64,000 bases of DNA from Mytilus edulis. Taxonomy: Eukaryota. Shown here piece after piece: positions 53,402-64,000 of the stretch; position 1 is the stretch's first letter, and each line of letters begins with the position of its first letter. The notes beneath the pieces were generated by a model, which was not told where the DNA came from, did no database searches, and saw only the letters and a program-made list of their open reading frames with translations. The stretch lies in contig NC_092345.1 in the NCBI RefSeq assembly GCF_963676685.1, positions 99,014,001 through 99,078,000 on the forward strand, given 5' to 3'. The position numbers and the translations under genes were made by a program.

Positions 53402-53570
53402 CTGTAAATAAAATATGAAAACAACAAAATTCATACATTTATAAGAAAGCTTATTTCATCAAAAATAAAATTGAGACGATCCCTGCTACTAGAGGAGGAG
53501 CTTTTTGAAATACTGCTTAAATGATCTTAAATAAGAGATATGGGGTATGATTGTAAATTATAGATAACAT

Positions 53571-55163
53571 AGATAACTGTACAGATTGCCACTGAGATGA
53601 CTGTCCAGATTGCCACTGAGATGACTGTACATATTGTCAATGAGAAAACTGTCCAGATTGCCACTGAGATAACTGTCCAGATTGCCACTGAGATAACTGT
53701 ACAGATTGCCACTGAGATAACTGTCCAGATTGCCACTGAGATGACTGTACATATTGTCAATGAGAAAACTGTCCAGATTGCCACTGAGATAACTGTCCAG
53801 ATTGCCACTGAGAAAACTGTCCAGATTGCCACTGAGATAACTTTCCAGATTGCCACTGAGGTAACTGTCCAGATTGCCACTGAGATAACTGTACAGATTG
53901 CCACTGAGATAACTGTACAGATTGTCGATGAGATAACTGTCCAGATTGCCACTGAGATAACTGCACAGATTGTCAATGAGATAACTGTCTAGATTGTCAA
54001 TGAGATAACTGTCCAGATTGTCAATGAGACAACTGTCCAGATTGCCACTGAGATAACTGTCCAGATTGCCACTGAGATAACTGTCCAGATTGCCACTGAG
54101 ATAACTTTCCAGATTGCCACTGAGATAACTGTACGGATGCCACTGAGATAACTTTCCAGATTGCCACTGAGATAACTTTCCAGATTGCCACTGAGGTAAC
54201 TGTCCAGATTGCCACTGAGATAACTGTCCAGATTGCCACTGAGATAACTGTCCAGATTGCCACTGAGGTAACTGTCCAGATTGCCACTGAGATAACTGTA
54301 CAGATTGTCACTGAGATAACTGTCTAGATTGTCACTGAGATAACTGTCAAGATTGCCACTGAGATAACTGTCCAGATTGCCACTGAGATAATTGTCCAGA
54401 TTGCCACTGAGATAACTGTACAGATTGCCACTGAGATAACTGTACAGATTGTCAATGAGATAACTGTCCAGATTGCCACTGAGATAACTGTACAGATTGC
54501 CACTGAGATAACTGTACAGATTGTCAATGAGATAACTGTCCAGATTGTCAATGAGATAACTGTCCAGATTGTCAATGAGACAACTGTCCAGATTGCCACT
54601 GAGATAACTGTCCAGATTGCCACTGAGATAACTGTACAGATTGCCACTGAGATAACTTTCCAGATTGCCACTGAGATAACTGTACGGGTTGCCACTGAGA
54701 TAACTTTCCAGATTGCCACTGAGGTAACTGTCCAGATTGCCACTGAGATAACTGTCCAGATTGACACTGAGATAACTGTCCAGATTGACACTGAGATAAC
54801 TGTCCAGATTGCCACTGAGGTAACTGTCCAGATTGCCACTGAGATAACTGTCCAGATTGCCACTGAGATAACTGTCCAGATTGCCACTGAAATAACTTTC
54901 CAGATTGCCACTGAGATAACTGTACGGGTTGCCACTGAGATAACTTTCCAGATTGCCACTGAGGTAACTGTCCAGATTGCCACTGAGATAACTGTCCAGA
55001 TTGACACTGAGATAACTGTCCAGATTGACACTGAGATAACTGTCCAGATTGCCACTGAGGTAACTGTCCAGATTGCCACTGAGATAACTGTACAGATTGT
55101 CACTGAGATAACTGTCCAGATTGTCACTGAGATAACTGTCCAGATTGCCAATGAGACAACTAT
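53571..55163. repeat. 24-bp satellite in intron 1 of paralogue 2
   Basis: Unit gataactgtccagattgccactga, about 66 copies. Confidence 0.97.
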
Positions 55164-55663
55164 CAACGGTTGAAAGCATCTTTTTATAAATTTAATCGGC
55201 CTTCGACAATGAACAAAACCCATACTGTAAATATAGTCAGCTATGAATGACCCTGCCAGGACAAAATTTTAAACAGTTCTACTGGGAAAACAACGGCCTT
55301 TTTTATTACAAAACAATGCTTTCCTGATGTAGATAAATCATGAAAAACGATTCAGACGCATGCAGTTTATTACGTATTGATTTCATTGTTTAAAGCACTT
55401 GGTCGATACCTCTTCCGTGTACTATCAGTCCCTGTTGGTATCATCAGCTCATTAGTCAGTTCTTCTGTACTGATTTATTACAATGCTCTCTGATTGTTTT
55501 CCGTTTATAATTTTTGAAATTAAAAAGAAACTAAGGTTTTAACTCCCTCAGGCAAACTGACCCGACCTAACGTAGATTGATTTCTGTAGGTTCTTTTTGG
55601 TCATATAGCTCTTCAACTGTTCTGGTTCTTCAACATTCTTGGCTGTCAAATATTTGGCTTTGC

Positions 55664-55705
55664 GCGTTCCTGATGAAGGTAGATCAAGAAAAGCGCTTCG
55701 GATGT
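55664..55705 (+). ncRNA. Possible decayed minimal type I hammerhead ribozyme
   Basis: gcgttc-CTGATGA-aggtagatcaa-GAAA-agcgct-TC-ggatgt; stem II poor. Confidence 0.4.
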
Positions 55706-56591
55706 ATGAACTGTAGTATATAACCTGCTGATTTCGTTATTTTAACGAACAGCAACCAATGACAGCAACTGATTTACGGAATGGGACGTTATAAAACAAA
55801 TTACCAATACATATATGCTAGCCACAGATATCAAAAAGTGGTCAGATAAATAATTAGTTTTCTAAAAGATGTAAGAAAATAATTTTACCAATTTGAATTC
55901 ATGATGATTTCTATCAAACCGTAACCCTATCAAGGAAAACATAATAAAAAACGCAAGTTTGTTGCAATTCTTAATGGAGACCATAATTAGTATCAACTTT
56001 TCAAAGCTTAATTCTACCGTGATTTGGCCGTCATATTAAATAAAAAGGAATTAGTTCGTGAAATTTTGATTAGTATAAGCATGGCATATTTCGTCGTGTA
56101 TACAAACGAAAAGTTTAAAATCATTGTTTTGTCTTAAAGTTGAGTCTTCAACCGACCGTCGGGTAAATGTCTTGGTGTGGGTAAATATATGCTGCAGACT
56201 TTATAAACTGTTTCTATGGTAACATTTCGTTTTTGACTATCATTTAACTATATGGTCATAATAACAATATTACTAAAATAAGAAATATAATGAAAAAAGA
56301 AATCTGAATAAATTCAAGCTTTCGGAAATTGATACTCCTTGTGTTCTCATTTAATAATTGTTGTACTAGTAAATTAACCAAACCACTACATATACATGGC
56401 GGACAAAACCACTAACAATTGTTACTAGAATCCACATGTTAACCAGTGTTCATCTAACATGGCGGGCAATGATACAAAAATAGAAAATTGGTACTATATT
56501 CAACATGTTCACCAACGTTCATCTGACAAAAGCAATGGCCGTGACACTTAATAGATATAATAATATGGCAGGTTAAACATCATGAGCAGGA

Positions 56592-57640
56592 GATGCTCAC
56601 CCTGTCCATGTTTACCCTGTCCATTCTCATCCTGTCCATTCTCACCCTGTCCATTCTCATCCTGTCCATTTTTATCCTGACCATTCTGATCCTGTCCATT
56701 CTTATCCTGTCCATTCTTATTCTGTCCATTCTCATTCTATTCATTCTCATCCCATCCATTCTCATCCTATCCATTCTCATTCTATCCATTCTCATCCTAT
56801 CCATTCTCATTCTGCCCATGATCACCTTGTCCATTCTCATCCTGTCCATTCTCATCCTATCCATTCTAATCATGTCCATTCTCACACTGTCCATTCTCAT
56901 CCTACACATTCTCATCCTGCCCATTCTCATCTTGTCCATGTTTATCCTGCAAATGCTCATCCTGTCCATGTTCACCCTGTCCATGAACACCTTGTCCATT
57001 CTCATCCTGTTCATGCTCACCCTGTCCATGTTCATCCTGCCCATGCTCATTCTGTTCGTGCTCACACTGCATTCCATGCTCATTCTGTCTGTCCATGCTT
57101 ACACTGCAGTCCATGCTCACCATGTCCATGCTTACCCTGTTCATGTTCACCCTGTCCATGTTCACTATGTCCATGTTCACCATGTCCATGCTTACTCTGA
57201 CCATGGTCATATTTTCCATGTTCACCATGTCTATGCTTACTCAATCCATAGATAAAAGAAGATGTGGTATGAGAACAAATGAGACAACTCTCTCATCTAA
57301 GTCACAATTTGTAAAAGTAAACCATTATAGGTCAAAGTACGGTCTTCAACACGGAACACATTGGCTCACACCGAACAGCAAGCTATAAAGGGCCCCAAAA
57401 ATGACATGTGGAAAACCATTCAAACGGGAAAACCTACGTTCTAATCTATAAAAAAAATGAGAAACGAGAAACACTTATGAACCACGTCAACAAACGACAA
57501 CTACTGAACATCAGATTCCATGCTTTCTCTTACTCTGTCTATGATCAGCCTGTTCATGCTCATTCTGTCTATGCTCAACCTGTTCATGCTCATTCTGTCC
57601 ATGTTCATCCTGTCCATGTTCGACCTGTCCACGTTCATCT
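56592..57640. repeat. 15-bp tandem repeat, interrupted by an insertion
   Basis: Unit ctcatcctgtccat(t/g). Confidence 0.92.
57248..57519 (-). mobile_element. Family B element, 5'-truncated
   Basis: Matches 7503-7794; tccat at both junctions. Confidence 0.8.
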
Positions 57641-58415
57641 TACATTCGATGTCGCCAGTTTTCCACTGTCGAATTACCAAAGTTAGATATCATTATTTTA
57701 ATGTAATACATTTAGGTCACCTACAGGTATATCGTACATGCACTTACCAAAACTCATTGGATATAAAGCAATACCAGGCTTTATATACTTCAACAAATAG
57801 ATGACGTCACTCTGTGGTTTATTTATGACGGCGTTGTATAAACGGTAGCATTCCAGTCTGCCGAACTCTTTATCAGCTTGAAAATTAAAAAAAAATCAAC
57901 AATTGAATCAAAATCAAGGCGACATTAAATCGAAATCTGGATTTTTTTCCTCTTTTTTTAATATGGCAAAAATATTTGTCACAATCAATACACAGACAAG
58001 TCTAATTTACTCTGGTTTTTACTTCAATCGTGTTTTCTTCGCTCAAAAGCCAGCACTCCGTGTCATAAACAGCCACAACTATTTAATGTGATAATGGTTA
58101 TAGGTACTATAAGCTATATTGAAATAGAGTTATGTCCCTTATAACATTAATGCGTATAAATCCTGGAACAAAAGATCAAGAAATTTCAGCTGTATTTAAA
58201 CCTTTTGTTAGACCGAATTGTCACTTGTCATTTAAATATTTTTACGAGGTGGTTTAAACAAATAATCAATTAATATGCTTGGTTACAATTAATAAACTTA
58301 GTAGTAAAATAGTTATAGCCAACATGGACGATGGAAAGAAAGAAAAAATAACAAATGTAAGTGTATCTAATCTTATTTGTAAATATGATCAAGACAGATT
58401 TTGATAGAACATTAC

Positions 58416-58461
58416 CTTTTTGACAGTCATAATCCGGAACCTTGCTAGAACGTGCTCCCAT
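58416..58461 (-). CDS. Paralogue 2 exon 1 (MGARSSKVPDYDCQK)
   Basis: ATG...AAAG|gtaatg, phase 1, in frame with exon 2; 46+705+1055 = 1806 nt = 601 aa + stop. Confidence 0.78.
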
Positions 58462-59759
58462 TTTGCTATTGAGAAATAGTTATGTCCCTTAGTATACAGT
58501 GTAGACATGTACTCAATTTTTCTCTGTGACTGTACCATGATAACGGTTAACCTACTTCGGGTAGATTACTAACCGTTTATCATGGAACGCATTCTTAAGC
58601 CATATTCTAGCTAATATTTATCTGAAATTCTCTTCTACCTTACCGACATTTAAATATTGATTAAGAAGTTTAAACAAGTATAAGACATATAGGACATTGG
58701 TGTCACAAATATCAATTCAAAATTAAAGTTTAAATTCTATGTAAAATGTGTATCAATGAATAAAAGTTTACTTGTTCAATATCGGTAGTGTACACACATA
58801 GAAGTATACATGGTTTCGTACAAACAAACATTAACACCATGCGTAGGAGCATATATAGGTAATATGGCATTTAATATTACGTTATTTCATGCATCATCAA
58901 ATGCAATTCATATTTTATAAATTGTTTTCAAATTTGTCTTCCATATCTAATTTTGGATATGTATATATATATATTCATTTAAAGGTTAACGCCTGTACAC
59001 CCTTAATACAGAGCAGGAGGTTCAATATGGGTAACACTAGGTAACACGTAGTTTATGTTAAATATTTGATTGCCAACTTAGCAGGAATTTGACATGATAT
59101 TTGTCGACTTAAATAGCCATATAACAAGTCAGAGCGGACACTTAATCCTATAAGTTCCAACGCGTATTCAATGATTATATTTCGATTTTAATTAATCTTT
59201 TCCCCTTCTAGACACATAAACATCAAACAAATACCCGTTATATCGATCTTTTATGACAAAATATTTATGAAGCGGGCAGGTTGCTTGGATTACATTTCTG
59301 GTTAATATTTTCTCGATGATTGCGATGATTGCATTGAGAATAATATACCAGAACGCATAAAAAATTAATAGGATTTTATCCGATTGCTTGAAAGTTATTG
59401 GAACTAAATCACCATACGTCAATATTAACATAGCAGACAACTTAAAATGGCGGTAAGTTAGAATAATTGTTTACACCTTCATTAGACAACCTCTATTGTT
59501 GGTATATTCCTTCATGAAAACAAAAAAACATTTAGGTTTAACTTTCTAACTTAAAACATGCAAATAATTTTTATATAACCCGTGGCAATCTGTCGCTGAA
59601 CGCAATGACTTTATATGCCTTACTAGTACTGGCAACAAACGATGCATCTTTTACAAAGACCATCTTTTTTTTATTTAGTTTATCTATTATTGTTGCAAGT
59701 GTTCCTTTTAGTCATAAAAGTTTTATAAGGCATGAGCCCTTTATGTCATGTAAGATACA

Positions 59760-62700
59760 TGACCTTCAGTTCTCGTAAGGTGCGATTCCTTTATATTTCG
59801 TAAGGTGTGAGCCCTTTAGTTCTTGTAAAAATATAATCCCTTTAGTTCTTATAAGGTGTGATCCATTTCAATTTTGTAAGGTGTGTTCTCTTTAGATCTT
59901 GTAAGGTGTGATCTCTTATGATCTTGTAAGGTGTGATCTCTTTAGATCTTGTAAAGTGTGATCCCTTTATTATTAAGTTTACATCTTGTAAGGGATAATC
60001 ACTTTAAATCTTGTAAGGTGTAATACCTTTAGTTCTTGTAAGGAGTGATCCCTTTAGTTCTTATATAGAGTGATCCCTTTATATCTTGTAAGGGATAATC
60101 ACTTTAGATCTTGTAAGGTGTGATCCCTTTAGTTCTTGTAAGGTGTGATCTCTTAAGATCTTGTAAGGTGTGTTCCATTAAGATCTTGTACGATGTGATC
60201 CCTTTAGTTCTTGTAAGGTGTGATTTCTTTAGATCTTGTAAGATACGTTCCGTTATTATCTTGTACGGTGTTATCCCTTTAGATCTTGTAAGGGGCAATC
60301 CCCTTAGGTCGTGTAAGAATTGATCCCTTAAGATCTTGTAAGGAGTGATCCCTTTAGATCTTGTCGGGTACTATCCCTTTAGTTCTTGTAAGGTGTAGTC
60401 TCTGTATATCTTCATAGACATGATCCATTTAGATCTTATAAGGTGTGATCCTTTTAGTTCATGCAAGGTGTGATCTCTTTATATCTCATACGGAGTGACC
60501 CCTTTATATCTTGTTAACAGTGATCCCTTTAGATCTTGTAAACTGATCCCTTTAGTTCTTGTAGGGTGTGATCCCTTTAGATCTTGTAAGATGCAATCCC
60601 CTTAGTTCGTGTAAGAATTGATCCCTTAAGATCTTGTAATGAGTGATCCCTTTAGATCTTGTCGGGTACGATTACTTTAGTTCTTGTAAGGTGTGGTCTC
60701 TGTTTATCTTATTAGGCATGATGCATTTAGATCTTGTAAGTAGTGATCCTTTTAGTTCATGTAAGGTGTGATCTCTTTAGATCTCGTACGGAGTGACCCC
60801 TTTAGATCTTGTAAACCGATCCCTTTAGTTTTTGTAAAGAGAGATTCCTGTAGTTCTTGTAAGGTGTGATTCCTTTAGTTCTTGTCAGGAGTGATCCCTA
60901 AATAGAACTTGTAAAGAGTGATCCTTTTGTATCCTGTAAGTCGTGATCCCTTTATATCGTGTAAGGTGTGATCTTTTTAGATCTTGTAAGGTGTGATCTC
61001 CTTAGATCTGGTAAGTCGTAATCCATTTATATCTTGTAAGATGTGATCTCTTTAGATCTTATAAGGTGTGATCCTTTTAGTTCATGTAAGGTGTGATCTA
61101 TTTAGATCTCGTACGGAATTACCCCTTTAGATCTTGTAAAATGACCCCTTTAGTTTTTGTAAGGAGTGATCCCTAAATAGAACTTGTAAAGAGTGATCCC
61201 TTTATATCCTGTAAGTCGTGCTCCTTTTATATCTTGTAAGGTGTGATCTCTTTAGATCTTGTAAGGTGTGATCTCTTTAGATCTTGTAAGGAGTGATCCC
61301 TTTAGATCTTGTAAGGAGTGATCTCTTTAGATCTTGTAAGGAGTGATCTCTTTATATCTTGTAAGGTGTGATCTCTTTAGATCTTGTAAGGTGTGATCCC
61401 TTTAGATTTTGTAAGTCGTGATCCCTTTAGATCTTGTAAGATGTGATCTCTTTAGATCTTGTAAGGTGTGATCTCTTTAGATCTTGTAAGGTGTGATCCC
61501 TTTAGATCTTGTAAGGTGTGATCTTTTTAGATCTTGTAAGGTGTTATTTCCTTAGATCTTGTAAAGTGTGATGTTTTAAGATCTTGTAAAGAGTGATCCC
61601 TTTAGATCTTGTAAAGAGTGATCCCTTTGGATCTTGTAAAGAGTGATCCCTTTAGATCTTGTTAGTTGTAATTCCTTTATTTTTTGTATGGAGTGATCCC
61701 TGTAGTTCTTGTAAAGTGTGACCCCTTTAGTTCTTGTACGTTGTGATTTCTTTTTTTCTTGTGAGCAGTGATCCGTAAATAGAACTTTTGAAGAGTGATC
61801 CCTTTAGTACTTGTGGGGTGTGATTTCTTTAGTTCTTGTAAGGAGAGACCCCTTTAGATCTTGTAAGGTAAAATCTGTAAATCTTGTAAAAGATGGACGA
61901 AAGATATCAGAGGAGCAGTCAAGATGTGATCTATTTATTTCTTTTTAAGTGTTATATCTTTATATCTTGTAAGGTTTGATCCCTTTAGATCGTGTATTGA
62001 GTTATTCCTTTAGTTCTTATAAGATGTGATCCCTTTAGATCTTGTAAGGTGTGATCCCTTTTGATCTTGTAAGGCAGCAACCATTTGATTTTCTGGGGGG
62101 AGGGCTATGGTTTTTTTTTGGAAAAAATTTTTTTTGGACCCTGAGTAAAAAAAAATGTTTGTTTTACCCTCAGCTGCCACTATATGAAATGCTAAAATTG
62201 AAAGAAAAAAATTGTCTTCGGTTTGTCGCTAACAAAATAGATTGTTCTTCGCCAAAGGCGAAAAAAAAAGTTTGTACAGAAAAAAAAACCATAGCCCCCC
62301 CCCCCCCCCCCCCCCCGAAAATCAAATGGTTGCTGCCTAAGGAGTGATCCCTTTTGGATCTTGTATGGTGTGATCTCTTTAGTTCTTGTAAGGAGTGATC
62401 CCTTTAGATCTTGTAAGGTGTAATCTCTTTAGTTCTTGTAAGGTGTGATCTCCTTAGATCTTGTAAGGTGTGATCCCTTTAGATCTTATGAGGTCTGATC
62501 GCTTTATATCTTGTAAGGAGTGGTCCCTTTAGTTCTTGTAAGGTGTGATCTCCTTAGATCTTGTAAGGTGTGACCCCTTTAGGTCTTATGAGGTGTGATC
62601 GCTTTATATCTTGTAAGGTGTGATCTCTTTAGATCTTGTAAGGTGTAATCTCTTTAGATCTTGTAAGGTGTAATCTCTTTAGTTCTTGTAAGGTGTGATC

Positions 62701-64000
62701 TCCTTAAATCTTGTAAGGTGTGATCCCTTTAGATCTTATGAGGTCTGATCGCTTTATATCTTGTAAGGAGTGGTCCCTTTAGTTATTGTAAGTCGTGATC
62801 TCTTTAGATCGTGTAAAGTGTGATCTCCTTAGTTCTTGTAAGGTGTGATCTCTTAGATCTTGTAAGGTGTGATCTCTTTATATCTTGTAAGGTGTAATCT
62901 CTTTAGTTCTTGTAAGGTGTGATCTATTTAGATCTTGTAAGGTGTGATCGCTTTATATCTTGTAAGGTGTGATCTCTTTAGATCTTGTAAGGTGTGATCT
63001 CCTTAGATCTTGTAAGGTGTGACCCCTTTAGGTCTTATGAGTTGTGATCGCTTTATATCTTGTAAGGTGTGATCTCTTTAGATATTGTAAGGTGTAATCT
63101 CTTTAGTTCTTGTAAGGTGTGATCTCCTTAAATCTTGTAACGTGTGATCCCTTTAGATCTTATGAGGTCTGATCGCTTTATATCTTGTAAGGAGTGGTCC
63201 CTTTAGTTATTGTAAGTCGTGATCTCTTTAGATCGTGTAAGGTGTGATCTCCTTAGTTCTTGTAAGGTGTGATCTCTTAGATCTTGTAAGGTGTGATCTC
63301 TTTAGATCTTGTAAGGTGTAATCTCTTTAGTTCTTGTAAGGTGTGATCTCTTTAGATCTTGTAAGGTGTGATCGCTTTATATCTTGTAAGGTGTGATCTC
63401 TTTAGATCTTGTAAGGTGTGATCTCCTTAGATCTTGTAAGGTGTTATCTCTTTAGTTTTTGTAAGGTGTGATCTCCTTAGATCTTGTAAGGTGTGACCCC
63501 TTTAGGTCTTATGAGGTGTGATCGCTTTATATCTTGTAAAGAGTGGTCCCTTTAGTTATTGTAAGTCGTGATCTCTTTAGATCTTGTAAGTGTGATCTCC
63601 TTAGTTCTTGTAAGGTGTGATCTCTTTAGATCTTGTAAGGTGTGATCTCTTTAGATCTTGTAAGGTGTGATCTCCTTAGATCTTGTAAGGTGTTATCTCT
63701 TTAGTTTTTGTAAGGTGTGATCTCTTTAGATCTTGTAAGGTGTGACCCCTTTAGGTCTTATGAGGTGTGATCGCTTTATATCTTGTAAAGAGTGGTCCCT
63801 TTAGTTATTGTAAGTCGTGATCCCTTTAGATCGTGTAAGGTGTGATCTCCTTAGTTCTTGTAAGGTGTGATCTCTTTAGATCTTGTAAGGTGTGATCTCT
63901 TTAGATCTTGTAAGGTGTGATCTCCTTAGTTCTTGTAAGGTGTGATCTCTTAGATCTTGTAAGGTGTAATCTCTTTAGTTCTTGTAAGGTGTGATCTCTT
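59760..64000. repeat. 25-bp satellite running off the window
   Basis: Unit gtgtgatc(t/c)ctttagatcttgtaag; degenerate at left, more homogeneous at right. Confidence 0.97.
62073..62337. mobile_element. PIF/Harbinger-type MITE inserted in the satellite
   Basis: TIR ggcagcaaccatttgattttc / gaaaatcaaatggttgctgcc; TAA duplicated; removal restores cttgtaaggagtgatcc. Confidence 0.93.

Noticed and set aside
53527-55223. LRR-looking (YLSGNLDS)n and related ORFs
   Set aside because: 24-bp satellite open in several frames, lying inside an intron whose flanking exons already join in frame
56580-57255. (MDRMR)n, (ILILS)n and His-rich ORFs
   Set aside because: 15-bp tandem repeat; no splice or homology support

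Overview
AT-rich, repeat-dense eukaryotic (animal) DNA. The repeat families resemble those of mytilid bivalves; this is inferred, not proven. The only host genes I can support are two tandem minus-strand paralogues encoding ankyrin-like/SOCS-box proteins with an N-terminal MG motif. One is intact (3 exons, about 601 aa). The other is split inside its SOCS box by a 3.66-kb Penelope-like retroelement. That element is the most interesting object in the window. Its domains are permuted (GIY-YIG endonuclease N-terminal to the RT; Naiad type), it has four in-frame TGA codons at cysteine-type positions, and a canonical SECIS follows the ORF, so it appears to encode a selenoprotein. Further 3' it carries a sequence that folds as a type-P5 twister ribozyme, then an unnamed four-way-junction motif. 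The twister and junction modules recur, with compensatory base changes, in short non-autonomous repeats across the window. The rest comprises a near-intact CR1/L2-type LINE inserted in a 27-bp satellite, LINE and Penelope fragments, PIF/Harbinger-type elements with TAA duplications, a Helentron-associated element, and tandem arrays of 15, 19, 24, 25, 26, 27/29, 43 and 56 bp. All RNA structures were folded by eye and no database search was run.
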